A stretch of DNA of 64,000 bases from an uncultured Eubacteriales bacterium (GTDB taxonomy: Bacteria; Bacillota; Clostridia; Oscillospirales; CAG-272), in the NCBI GenBank assembly GCA_900546635.1, contig URDS01000004.1, forward strand, positions 69-64,068, in the 5' to 3' direction. Below, one piece after another: positions 39,081 to 48,424 of the stretch; within the stretch, counting starts at the first letter, position 1, and each line of letters begins with the position of its first letter. A program made the position numbers and the translations under genes. The notes under the pieces were generated by a model, which did not search any database, was not told the origin of the DNA, and worked only from the letters and a program-made list of their open reading frames with translations.

Positions 39081-39202
39081 CTGTTACACCTCCTTATGGA
39101 CTGATGGCCGTGCGTTAGCGCACAGCAAGGGGGTAGGGTTAACAATATTTTGGTCAACCTATACCATTTAGTGATTTTAACACAATACGCAGATTTTGTC
39201 AA
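39081..39202 (-). promoter_or_regulatory. rpsF promoter (TTGACA-17-TAAAAT, 39174-39202) plus a ~85-nt structured 5' leader, a possible S6:S18 autoregulatory leader
   Basis: The minus strand reads TTGACAAAATCTGCGTATTGTGTTAAAAT. The leader contains the hairpin GTGCGCTAACGCAC just upstream of the RBS. Confidence 0.5.
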
Positions 39203-39331
39203 GAAAATCTTTAAATATTCTGTAAAGCTCTTGTCCTGACCGACAGTATATGATAGAATGGTACTGAAATCTGGTTCTGTCGGAATCGTACGATCTCAAG
39301 CAAAAAAAATCTACAGATTTTCGGAGGCCTA

Positions 39332-39976
39332 ATGGGAACCCTGTATCTGATCAGGCACGGGCAAAGCGAGGGAAACATAAACGGCGGTTTTGCCGGGCGT
39401 ATGGATTATCCGCTGTCCGCGCTCGGAAAAAAACAAGCGCAAATGACGGCAGATTTTTTATGTCGCGAGCAGATTGACGCCGTTCTTTCCAGTCCGCTTT
39501 CCCGCGCTTATAACACGGCGCTTCCGATCGCCAAACAGCGCGGTCTGCCTATACTGCGGCGGGAAGAATTATCGGAAATGGATTTCGGCGATTGGGAGGG
39601 ACTGACGCCCAAAGAGGTTGCGCTCAAATATCCCGGCTCCATTGATATTTGGAAAGATGAACTGTACAAAACGGTTTGTCCCGGCGGCGAAACGCTGCGG
39701 GCGTGTTTTGAACGCGCAAAGCGGGCGATTTGCACAATCGCCGAAGAATATGCCGGTAAAACCGTTTGTGTCGTATCGCACGGTGCACTGCTCAAAAATA
39801 TGCTCTGCTTTTTACATAATTTGCCGGTTGAACGTATTCAGGACATCTCCTGGGCAAACAACGCGTCCGTGACCAAGCTGATTTACAAAAACGGGGCGTT
39901 TCAAATTGAATATGAAAATTACAGCGAACACATGGGTGAATATGTCACCGGTGTGTCCGGCGAACTTCAAAAATAA
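39332..39976 (+). CDS. Histidine phosphatase family protein (phosphoglycerate mutase/CobC-like)
   Basis: LYLIRHGQSEGN catalytic RHG motif and a later SHGALL motif. Confidence 0.88.
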   Translation: MGTLYLIRHGQSEGNINGGFAGRMDYPLSALGKKQAQMTADFLCREQIDAVLSSPLSRAYNTALPIAKQRGLPILRREELSEMDFGDWEGLTPKEVALKYPGSIDIWKDELYKTVCPGGETLRACFERAKRAICTIAEEYAGKTVCVVSHGALLKNMLCFLHNLPVERIQDISWANNASVTKLIYKNGAFQIEYENYSEHMGEYVTGVSGELQK

Positions 39977-40054
39977 AATCAACCGATTCACTTGACGAAA
40001 TGAAAATTTTGTCGTACAATGAAAGTGTAAAAATAAGTAAAATGAGGTTTTAAA

Positions 40055-40330
40055 ATGAAGAAATATATCGCGCTTTTTATCATTGTTCTGCTTGCCTTTT
40101 CGCTGTTCTGCTCGCCTGTTTTGGCTGCGGACGGCGAGATAATCGATTATACACAAATTACAAAGCCGGAAATTGCCGGGCAATTGACGCTTTCGGATGT
40201 GCAGAACACGTTAAAAGCGATGGTAAGCGGAAGCTACACGGACCAAGCATGGCGGTTTGATGCTGACGGCGACGGTTTTTTGCGGATAAACGATATGCTT
40301 CTGCTCATGCGCGGCCTGTCAAACAAATGA
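40055..40330 (+). CDS. Small secreted protein consisting only of a signal peptide and a dockerin/EF-hand-like segment
   Basis: Signal peptide MKKYIALFIIVLLAFSLFCSPVLA. Ca-loop-like DADGDGFLRINDMLLLMRGL is preceded by the helix LTLSDVQNTLKAMV. Confidence 0.55.
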   Translation: MKKYIALFIIVLLAFSLFCSPVLAADGEIIDYTQITKPEIAGQLTLSDVQNTLKAMVSGSYTDQAWRFDADGDGFLRINDMLLLMRGLSNK

Positions 40331-40344
40331 ATTATTGCAAGCAG

Positions 40345-40380
40345 AATCCCCCCGCTTTTTGCGGAGGGATTTTTGTTTTA
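40345..40380 (+). terminator. Hairpin terminator
   Basis: AATCCCCCCGC-TTTTT-GCGGAGGGATT followed by TTTGTTTT. Confidence 0.7.
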
Positions 40381-40480
40381 GAGCGCATTTTACAATTATA
40401 AATATACTTGGAAATAAACCTGCCGTTTGCGCAATTTTCTCATACTGCCCGTAAATGCCCCAGCGGGCAAGACCGTAAAA

Positions 40481-42163
40481 TCAGTGTACCAAATGCCGTT
40501 TGATTTTTTTCGTCGTTGTTTTCTCAAATTCGGTATTGCGCACTTCGATTGCGCGTATCTGCTTGTATCCCACGAGCCGCTTGTTCATCCGATTGATCTC
40601 CTCTTTGAGCTTTGCTGAAATTTCTTCCGTTGTAGCGCCTTGAGGAAATCTGGAAAAATCGGGGTAGATGATCGCGGTCAGCGTGATGCTGTCGCCCTCA
40701 TTTGAGGTACGTCCGACGACGACGCTTTCCGCAATTTGTTCAACGCTTTCCAGATATTCTTCGATTTCTTCGGGAAATACGTTTTTACCGTTCTCAAGTA
40801 CAATAACGGACTTCTTGCGTCCGGTAATGTAGATATATCCGTCATCATCCAGATAGCCGACGTCGCCGGTTCGGAAGTAGCCGTCGCTCGTAAACACGGC
40901 GTCTGTCGCTTCCGGATCTTCATAATATCCCAGCATGACGTTTTTGCCTTTGACGCAGATTTCACCTACCGTATAGCCGTATTCATTGATCTCGCTGCCG
41001 TCGATATAGACTTTACATCCCGGCACTGCCGGTCCCACCGAACCCGGCTTGGAGTGGTAATAGACATCCACCGAAATCAGCGGGGAACACTCGGTAATGC
41101 CGTAGCCTTCCCATACATTGATGCCAAGCGAACGGAAATCCTGCGCAATATCCTGATTGAGCGGTGCGCCGCCGCAGATGATTTTGCGCAGTCGTCCGCC
41201 GAAAGCGGCTATGATTTCTTTAAAGAGTATACGGCGCGCATCCAGTCCGAGCGCGAAGGCGCGGTCGGAAATGGACATCATTTTGCGAACAAAAGTTTCT
41301 TTGTTTTTTTTGCGGATTTCATCCCATATTTTCTTGTCCATCGTATTCAGGAACAGGGGAACCAGGACGAGCGCTGTCGGGCGGAATTTCGCAAAATTCC
41401 GCATGACGTGGCGCAAAGAATCGTTTATAGCAATTTCACATCCGTAATTTACCGCCGCAAGCGAGCAGCATAATTCATACGTATGGTGAATCGGAAGAAC
41501 GGAAACCAGAACGTCCTCCGGATAAAAATCCACGGTTTCACAGGCTGAGTTTATAGAGGTACAGATGTTTTTCTCAGAAAGCATAACGCATTTGCTGGTT
41601 CCGGTTGTCCCCGAAGTGAAAAGCATGACGGTCATGCGGTTTAAATCAGCGGGTGCGGGCGGATCATATGGACGCTCCGCGCCGATACCGATCAGTGTGT
41701 CCATGGTGTTTGAATACATATTTTTTTCGGGTTCGGATTCCATCGGAATGAATGTAATTTCCGGATGCCTTTTGGCCATATCTGCAAATTTGGTTTCAAA
41801 AAGCGGGGAAAATACGATGACCTGCGCGCCGCTGCGTTTCAGAAAATTTTCAATCTCGGAGAGCGCAAGCTCTTTATCCAAAGGAATGGCAATACCGCCG
41901 TAGGCGATCGTTGCGAGGTAGGCGATATACCATTTCGGTGAGGATTCTCCGATAATGGCAACGCGCTTTTTTGCAAGTCCGGAACGGCGAAGGCCGGTTC
42001 CAAAGGCTTTGATTTTGTCAGCTAACGCCGTATAGGAAATCGTCTGAATCTCTCCGTCTCGGTCGAAATAATCAAAAACCGTTTTGCTTCCTTTATCATA
42101 CATCAAAGAAATCAGATGTTTAATATGATTGATTTTCGTAAATCTGCGCTCAGTTTTTTTCAT
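40481..42163 (-). CDS. AMP-dependent long-chain fatty-acid--CoA ligase (FadD-like)
   Basis: AMP-binding motif MLFTSGTTGTSKCVMLS. Also GYGITE, FRTGDVGYLDDDGYIYITGRKK and the C-terminal KIKR. Confidence 0.88.
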   Translation of the reverse strand: MKKTERRFTKINHIKHLISLMYDKGSKTVFDYFDRDGEIQTISYTALADKIKAFGTGLRRSGLAKKRVAIIGESSPKWYIAYLATIAYGGIAIPLDKELALSEIENFLKRSGAQVIVFSPLFETKFADMAKRHPEITFIPMESEPEKNMYSNTMDTLIGIGAERPYDPPAPADLNRMTVMLFTSGTTGTSKCVMLSEKNICTSINSACETVDFYPEDVLVSVLPIHHTYELCCSLAAVNYGCEIAINDSLRHVMRNFAKFRPTALVLVPLFLNTMDKKIWDEIRKKNKETFVRKMMSISDRAFALGLDARRILFKEIIAAFGGRLRKIICGGAPLNQDIAQDFRSLGINVWEGYGITECSPLISVDVYYHSKPGSVGPAVPGCKVYIDGSEINEYGYTVGEICVKGKNVMLGYYEDPEATDAVFTSDGYFRTGDVGYLDDDGYIYITGRKKSVIVLENGKNVFPEEIEEYLESVEQIAESVVVGRTSNEGDSITLTAIIYPDFSRFPQGATTEEISAKLKEEINRMNKRLVGYKQIRAIEVRNTEFEKTTTKKIKRHLVH

Positions 42164-42641
42164 GATCGTTATCCTTTTTTGAAAGTTTATTAAGAAAGGC
42201 TGCGGGGGAAAATTTTTGAACCGCGTTGAAAATTCGTGTCACAAGCGAAGCTTCCGAATTGGTCAGTACGCCCATAAATCCGGAAAAATATTCTTCCTCT
42301 GCGTGCTGAAGTTTTTCTATGATCGGATCTGCCTGCTTTGTCAGGTGGATTGTAAGACTGCGGCGATCCAAACTGCTCGGTTCTGTAAAAATGTATCCTT
42401 TTTGCCGCAGTGATTCGACAGCCTGACTGATATTTCCTTTTGAAATGTTTGAGGCTTCGCTGATGGCCGTGACCGTATTGTTTTCGGGGGTTGCGGTCAG
42501 TGCGAGAAGCACATCGGTTTCATTGAGTGAAAACCCATCCGTCTCGATTGCGTGATGGCAGTGTGAGCGCATGGATTTTCCGAGGCTCATCAGCTTGGTG
42601 AAAATTTCGTATGGCTTAAAGCGTAAATTGTTTTGTCCCAT
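42150..42641 (-). CDS. MarR-family transcriptional regulator
   Basis: Winged HTH LNETDVLLAL....VTAISEASNISKGNISQAVESLRQKGYI...DRRSLTIHLT. It overlaps the fadD-like gene by 14 nt. RBS is GGGAGGGAG. Confidence 0.85.
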   Translation of the reverse strand: MGQNNLRFKPYEIFTKLMSLGKSMRSHCHHAIETDGFSLNETDVLLALTATPENNTVTAISEASNISKGNISQAVESLRQKGYIFTEPSSLDRRSLTIHLTKQADPIIEKLQHAEEEYFSGFMGVLTNSEASLVTRIFNAVQKFSPAAFLNKLSKKDNDHEKN

Positions 42642-42964
42642 GGCTCCCTCCCGTTCCGTTTAAAAATGTTTTATTCGGAAATGTTTTAAACGAAACTATT
42701 TTATCACGTGTTTTTTTGCCTGTCAAGCATTTTTGAAAAATAGTACAGAGGATATGGCCGGTTGAAAAACCATTGCTGCGCATCGCAGGAAAAAGTTGCT
42801 TTGAAAGGGGACTTTTGTGATCGGCGTTTGGCTGCAACAGAGTATTTTTTATCCGCAATATCTGTCTGCGCGCCTGAAAAAGGACAACTTTTTTTATGAG
42901 CGCATAGTTCGTCTGTTTGAATCATAGAATTTAGCAAACAGAATTTTGATCAAAGGAGAATTTT

Positions 42965-44512
42965 ATGAGACCCGAAAACAGCGAAAAGAAAGAATTTGTG
43001 CTGTCCGGAAAAAATACGGCACAGCGTATCCAAAGCGGCGGCAATGTTTTATTTGAGAGCGGCGGAGAATTTATTTTGCCGGATTATATGCCCAAAGTTC
43101 AGAAAGTGCTGCGTCTGGAAGCGCGCGCGCTGCCACCCGCACAGTATATAAGCGGGAGCGAGGCGCAGATGTCGGGCAGTGTGCTGCACACGCTGATTTA
43201 TCTCGGTGAGGAGGGCGAGGTCAGCGCCACTGTATTGCCTTCCAAATATGATTTCAGCATCCCGCTGACCGAAGGGCAGACGCCTCAGGTTTCGGCGAAT
43301 GCCGAAGTGGATTCGGTTACGTATCGTCTGAGCGCTCCGCGAAAAATCAATATACGCACGCATTTGCGTTCTCAGCCCTGTATGTATACGCGGGAGGAGA
43401 TTTCAGAGGAACAGGCGCCGGCAGAGATCCCCGGTTTGCATAAATTATACAGCGAGTTTGACGGAATGGACACGCTGCTGACGCGCGCACAGGATGTGGA
43501 GCTTTCGGATTCTATTGAACTCAGCGGAAAAACGGAGATCAAGCCGCTTTGGTGCGGTGCGACTGCGGCTGTAACGGATGCGCGTGCGGCTGACGGCGGC
43601 GTCGGTGTACGCGGAGATGCTTATGTTAAGGTACTTATTTTAGAAGCGGGCGCACCGAAAATGCTGCAAAAGAAAATTCCGTTTGACGCATTTTTGGATG
43701 CTGACGTTCAAAAGGGAACGACGGCCGCTGCTTCGGCGCGGGTTATTTCCACCGAGGCCGGCGTTTCGGCAGACAACTCCAGTTTAATGCTTGAGGTCAT
43801 TTTGAGTATTGAGGGCAGAGCGGATCAACCGAAAAAGATTCGGGCGGTAACCGATGCGTTTTCGGAGACGGCGGAAGGGAAGATCGAGCACCGTCCCCTG
43901 GCAACCGATCGGCTTCTGTTCTCCCGCTGCGGCGTTTATGATATAGGCGGCAGTGTGGCAAGAAGCGCCGCCGGCGCTTCCGATGCCACTTCAATACTGG
44001 ATACTTCGGGTGAAGCGAGAGTAGAAGAGGCCTCGGCGCGTGAGGGAAAAGTTTCGGTTTCGGGACGCTGCGCCATGAATGCGATTTATATGACGGAAAG
44101 CGGAGAATCTTCGGGCGAATTTACAATTCCGTTTAAACTGTCTTTTGACTGCGAGACGCCGAGCGGAACGGAAGTTATGGTTGAGGTCGTGCTTGTAAAC
44201 GCGCGCGGTCGTTTGGACGGGGACAATTTGGTTTGCGACGGGGAGATTGCGCTTTGTATGCGCGTACTCCGGCGCGGAGAAGCGCAGGTCGTGGGAAAAA
44301 TTGATTTTTCCGCGCCGAAGCACTATGAGAAAAACACGCATCCTTTGTGTTTGATTTATCCGAAAGGCGAAAGTTTGTGGACGCTCTCCAAACAGTATCA
44401 CGTTGCGCCGGAGGCATTGGCCGCTGTAAACGGACTGAACATTTCGGAGGAAGCGTATACGGATGTTCAGGCGCTCGAAAATGCGCATGTATTGATGCTG
44501 GAACTGAGGTAG
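42965..44512 (+). CDS. DUF3794-type protein with a C-terminal LysM domain (sporulation-associated family in Clostridia)
   Basis: The C-terminus LIYPKGESLWTLSKQYHVAPEALAAVNGL is a LysM motif. The upstream repetitive beta-rich region with PDYMPKVQKVLR is typical of DUF3794. RBS is AAAGGAG. Confidence 0.6.
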   Translation: MRPENSEKKEFVLSGKNTAQRIQSGGNVLFESGGEFILPDYMPKVQKVLRLEARALPPAQYISGSEAQMSGSVLHTLIYLGEEGEVSATVLPSKYDFSIPLTEGQTPQVSANAEVDSVTYRLSAPRKINIRTHLRSQPCMYTREEISEEQAPAEIPGLHKLYSEFDGMDTLLTRAQDVELSDSIELSGKTEIKPLWCGATAAVTDARAADGGVGVRGDAYVKVLILEAGAPKMLQKKIPFDAFLDADVQKGTTAAASARVISTEAGVSADNSSLMLEVILSIEGRADQPKKIRAVTDAFSETAEGKIEHRPLATDRLLFSRCGVYDIGGSVARSAAGASDATSILDTSGEARVEEASAREGKVSVSGRCAMNAIYMTESGESSGEFTIPFKLSFDCETPSGTEVMVEVVLVNARGRLDGDNLVCDGEIALCMRVLRRGEAQVVGKIDFSAPKHYEKNTHPLCLIYPKGESLWTLSKQYHVAPEALAAVNGLNISEEAYTDVQALENAHVLMLELR

Positions 44513-44633
44513 TCGGATTTTTTCAGCGTGTTAAAATACATGTAAAAATTTCCAACATGTTTTTCTGCCGTTCGGTCAAACTATAGATGAGCGGAAACGC
44601 TTGACTCAAAATTTTGAGAAGAGGTAGAAAAAG

Positions 44634-44843
44634 ATGGTCATTGACAGAATAGCACTTATCCTGGTCATCATCGGAGCGCTGAATTGGGGCTCTATCGGTC
44701 TGTTCAGTTTTGATGTGGTTGCATGGATTTGCGGTGGTCAAGCGGCTATGGTCAGCCGTATTGTATATACTTTGGTCGCGCTTGCGGGTATTTGGTGCAT
44801 ATCCCTTATATTCCGTCCGCGTGAGGAAAGTGTACGAGAATAA
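44634..44843 (+). CDS. DUF378 small membrane protein
   Basis: IALILVIIGALNWGSIGLFSFDVVAWICGG....IVYTLVALAGIW is the DUF378 signature. Confidence 0.8.
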   Translation: MVIDRIALILVIIGALNWGSIGLFSFDVVAWICGGQAAMVSRIVYTLVALAGIWCISLIFRPREESVRE

Positions 44844-44865
44844 AGCAGAATGCTTTGACTTTTGA

Positions 44866-44920
44866 AAAAAGACGGCAAGGACAGCATGAAAACACATGCT
44901 GTCCTTGCCGTGCATTTTTT
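44866..44920. terminator. Bidirectional hairpin terminator
   Basis: A 17-bp stem ACGGCAAGGACAGCATG / CATGCTGTCCTTGCCGT flanked by A6 and T6 runs. Confidence 0.85.
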
Positions 44921-44941
44921 ATTCAAAAGGATATGCCTCGT

Positions 44942-45853
44942 TTATTTTGTATCACCGGATGTTTCTTTATCCGGATTTGACTGTTTTTTTTCAGGTACAT
45001 AATGCCGAATTAACGCCTGTGTGCCGAGTTCGCCGTCGCCATTTTCTTTTAGCGACAGATAATTTGCAAGCGCCTGATTTAAAATTTCCAGATTCAGGCC
45101 TGACGCCGCCGCTTCATTTGCGGCAAGCCGCATATCTTTGACAAAATGTTTGATGAAAAAGCCGGGCGCGAAATCGTCCGCTAAAATTTTCGGCCCGAAA
45201 GTTTCAAGCTGTCGGCTGCCTGCGGCGCCGGTGGACACCGAGCGCAGCAGCGTTTCCAGATTGAGATTTTTGGCCTTTGCGTAGGCGAGCGCTTCGCATA
45301 CGCCGGAGAGCGTTCCCGCGATGATAATTTGATTTGCAAGCTTTGCGTGTTGTCCGCTGCCCGCCGCGCCCTGATAGTTTATGTTTGTGCCCATGGCCGA
45401 AAACAGCGGCATACAGGCTTCAAAGTCGGCTTGCGTTCCCCCGCAAAGAATGGAGAGGGTTCCGTTTTTTGCGCCTGTATCGCCGCCGGTGACCGGTGCG
45501 TCGATGACGTGGAACCCCCTTTCGCTTCCTATGGCGAAAAGACGCTCGGCAAGCTCCGGACTGCTGGTGGTCATATCGATCAGATAGGCACCTTTCGGGG
45601 CGCTGTCAAAAATATGACCGGCGCCGAGGTAAACATCCTCTACATCCTGCGGGAAGCCGACGATGGTGATAACGGCGTCGCAGTCTTTTACACATTCTTT
45701 GATGGTTTCATGAAAAATGGCGCCCTGTTCAATCAGCGAAAGCGCTTTTTCTTTGCGCCGCGCAAAAATATGCACCTCAAAACCCGCGCGCAGTAAGTTC
45801 GCGGCCATGGAGGTCCCCATAATTCCGATGCCGATAAATCCTATTTTTCTCAT
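44942..45853 (-). CDS. NAD(P)-dependent beta-hydroxyacid dehydrogenase (3-hydroxyisobutyrate/2-hydroxy-3-oxopropionate reductase family)
   Basis: MRKIGFIGIGIMGTSMAANL Rossmann motif, DAPVTGG and GAGSGQHAKLANQ. Confidence 0.88.
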   Translation of the reverse strand: MRKIGFIGIGIMGTSMAANLLRAGFEVHIFARRKEKALSLIEQGAIFHETIKECVKDCDAVITIVGFPQDVEDVYLGAGHIFDSAPKGAYLIDMTTSSPELAERLFAIGSERGFHVIDAPVTGGDTGAKNGTLSILCGGTQADFEACMPLFSAMGTNINYQGAAGSGQHAKLANQIIIAGTLSGVCEALAYAKAKNLNLETLLRSVSTGAAGSRQLETFGPKILADDFAPGFFIKHFVKDMRLAANEAAASGLNLEILNQALANYLSLKENGDGELGTQALIRHYVPEKKQSNPDKETSGDTK

Positions 45854-45989
45854 CTGTTGAACGCTCCTTTTCGGTTTGATTTTGAATTTTTACAGATGTC
45901 ATTATTATACCGGATTTTATTCGTTCGGTCAATGGCCGTTTTTTCTGTGAAAAAAACAGGTAAAATTTTATAAAAATAAAACAATCCCC

Positions 45990-46018
45990 TTGACAAGCTC
46001 GTTTGCATGTGCTACAAT
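45990..46018 (+). promoter_or_regulatory. Consensus sigma-A promoter driving the T-box leader
   Basis: TTGACA-17 nt-TACAAT. Confidence 0.8.
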
Positions 46019-46039
46019 GACAGAAAATTGATAAGCACC

Positions 46040-46302
46040 TTATAAACCTATGACGAAGAGTAGTACTTTCCGTACAGACGTTTCAGAGAGCCGCAGACGG
46101 TGGAATTGCGGTAACGGCGGCGGTTGGGAATGGACTTCCGAGGGCAAACTGAGCCGAATTTCGGTTAGGGGAGACGGTTGCGGCCGTTATACCGCGTGTG
46201 TATGATTGTACACAAATGAGCGCGCACGCTTGTGCGAATTTGGGTGGTACCGCAGGGTTGATGTTCCTGTCCCATTTTGTTGGGGCGGGACTTTTTTATT
46301 TT
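46040..46302 (+). promoter_or_regulatory. T-box riboswitch leader with a tryptophan (UGG) specifier
   Basis: Stem I elements in order are the GA/K-turn-like TGACGAAGAGTAGTA, the AG bulge AGAGAG, the distal-loop GGTGGAA, and the specifier-loop 3' side GAA-TGG-A-CTTCCGAGG (TGG at 46131-46133). The T-box sequence AATTTGGGTGGTACCGCAGG lies at ~46237-46256. The terminator CCTGTCCC-ATTTTGTT-GGGGCGGG plus TTTTTT lies at 46266-46297. Confidence 0.85.
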
Positions 46303-46439
46303 GCTGAAAAAATGAATTTTGATTTTTACGGAGGAATATCGATATGCGCAGCAAGACAAAACGATGGCGTGCGTTCGGAATCAGCGACGTTTTACCTATC
46401 ATAAAATTTTAAAATTATATTTGGAAAGAAGAGATTACA

Positions 46440-47432
46440 ATGAAAAACATAATCAGAAAGATTTCGTTTGTTTTGGCTTTGATGCTTATGGCCGGGCTGT
46501 GTTTTACGGGCTGCGGTGACAATGCTGGTGTCAAGAAGGTCGGCATTATTCAATTCATGCCGCATTCGTCGCTTGATAACTGTTGTCAGGGGATAAAAAA
46601 TGTACTCGAAGCGAAGGAAATTGCATATGAGGTTCAGATCGGTTCTTCTACGTCTCCCGTAGATGACTGCCAGAGCTATGCGGCGCGTATGGCGTCGAGC
46701 GGCGACTATGATTTGATTATCGCGATTGCAACGCCGGCGGCAACGGCGGCATATTCGGCGGTGCGCAGCGCGTCCTCCGATATTCCGGTCATCTTCTGCG
46801 CGGTTTCCGACCCGGTTGCCGCAAAGCTTGTGCAGTCGCTGGAGGCGCCCGGCAACAACTGCACGGGAACGGCGGATACCTTTGATATTCCGCAGCAGGT
46901 TGCCATGATTCACGCATTTCAGCCTCAACTGACAAAACTCGGCGTGATTTATACCACGACCGAGCCGAACTCGCTCTCTCAGCTTGAGACGCTGAAAACG
47001 GAAGCCGGTAAAGTCGGCATCGAGATTGTGTCCATGGGCATTAACGATGCGACCGAATTGCCGACTGTTGTTGCCAACCTGCTTCCCAAAGTGGAGGCGG
47101 TGACCAACCTGACCGACAACAATGTGGTGGACAATATGACGACCTTGCTGGAGCAGGCGGCGTCGGCCGGTATTCCGGTATACGGGTCGGAGATTGAGCA
47201 GGTCAAAAAAGGCTGCGCGGCCGCCGCGTCTTTAGATTATGTTGCCCTCGGTGAAAAGACAGCCGATATGGCGCTGGCCGTTCGCGGCGGACAGAGCGCG
47301 GCCAATATGCCTGTTATGATCATTGCGGACAGCACGCCGGTTGTGAATCCGGATGTGCTGGCAAAATTAGAGATTACATTGCCCGCCGCATATGCTTCGG
47401 CTGAGCAGGTCGGCATGGACGCTGCAAACTGA
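46440..47432 (+). CDS. ABC transporter substrate-binding lipoprotein (ABC_sub_bind/PF04392-like), probably tryptophan-related
   Basis: Lipobox LCFTGC. KVGIIQFMPHSSLDNCCQGI..., AIATPAATAA and VIFCAVSDPV are typical of this family. It lies immediately downstream of the Trp T-box. Confidence 0.8.
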   Translation: MKNIIRKISFVLALMLMAGLCFTGCGDNAGVKKVGIIQFMPHSSLDNCCQGIKNVLEAKEIAYEVQIGSSTSPVDDCQSYAARMASSGDYDLIIAIATPAATAAYSAVRSASSDIPVIFCAVSDPVAAKLVQSLEAPGNNCTGTADTFDIPQQVAMIHAFQPQLTKLGVIYTTTEPNSLSQLETLKTEAGKVGIEIVSMGINDATELPTVVANLLPKVEAVTNLTDNNVVDNMTTLLEQAASAGIPVYGSEIEQVKKGCAAAASLDYVALGEKTADMALAVRGGQSAANMPVMIIADSTPVVNPDVLAKLEITLPAAYASAEQVGMDAAN

Positions 47433-47503
47433 CTCGAATGTTATTTAGCAGGCTGCACGAAATTCATTTTTCTGATGGTTCTGCCGTTTAAGGAGCGCGT
47501 GTT

Positions 47504-48424
47504 TTGGAAATTGTCAACATAATCAAAATTGTCCTGGAAGAGGGGGCAAAATATGCTATCCTCGCCATCGGCGTATACTTAACCTACAGCATTCTGGATT
47601 TTCCGGATTTGAGCGTGGACGGAACCTTCCCGCTTGGGGCTATTGTGTCGGTCGTGCTGATTCTGCACGGCGTTGATCCGTGGCTCAGTCTGCTTGCCGC
47701 GTTTGCGGCCGGCTGCGCGGCGGGCGCCGTGACCGGTGTATTGCATGTCAAGCTCGGCATACGTCCGCTGCTTTGCGGCATTCTGATGTTCACAGCGCTT
47801 TTGTCGGTGAATCTGGTGATTGTGAAACTCGGCACCGGCGGTCAGTCGATCGCGTCTATTTTCGGCATGACGACGATTTTCACCGGTCCGGCCGTTTCGT
47901 TTCTTCCGAATACAATCGGCGGCGTTGTTATCAAAAAGCTGATTGTTTTAATTGTCATTGTCGCATTGCTGAAAGTCGCCGCCGACTGGTACCTGAAAAC
48001 GAAATCCGGCTTGCTGCTGCGTGCGACGGGCGCAAATGAGCAGTTTGTCACCATGCTTGCGCGAAATCCGGGTGCGTCCAAGATTTTGGGACTGGCTCTC
48101 GGCAACGGACTTGCCGCGCTTTCAGGCGCGGTCGTCGCACAGGCAAACGAGTCGGCAAATACCGCGATGGGAACGGGTATGGTGGTGTTCGGACTTTCGA
48201 GCGTGATTATCGGAATCAGCCTGTTTGGCAGACTGCGGTGGATGAAGCCGACGACGATGGTAATCATCGGTACAATTCTCTATAAAGGCTGCTTGCAGAT
48301 TGCGGTTTCGCTCGGTCTTCCCTCGGATTATAATAAGCTGTTGATGGCGGTTCTGTTTGTTGCCGCGCTGATGCTGAGCAGTCTGCTCAAACGAAAGGGG
48401 GGCGCCGGACGTGCTGACGCTTGA
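47504..48424 (+). CDS. ABC transporter permease (partner of the PF04392-type binding protein)
   Basis: Polytopic membrane protein. A TTG start lies 8 nt after AAGGAG. DFPDLSVDGTFPLGA is typical of this permease family. Confidence 0.82.
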   Translation: MEIVNIIKIVLEEGAKYAILAIGVYLTYSILDFPDLSVDGTFPLGAIVSVVLILHGVDPWLSLLAAFAAGCAAGAVTGVLHVKLGIRPLLCGILMFTALLSVNLVIVKLGTGGQSIASIFGMTTIFTGPAVSFLPNTIGGVVIKKLIVLIVIVALLKVAADWYLKTKSGLLLRATGANEQFVTMLARNPGASKILGLALGNGLAALSGAVVAQANESANTAMGTGMVVFGLSSVIIGISLFGRLRWMKPTTMVIIGTILYKGCLQIAVSLGLPSDYNKLLMAVLFVAALMLSSLLKRKGGAGRADA

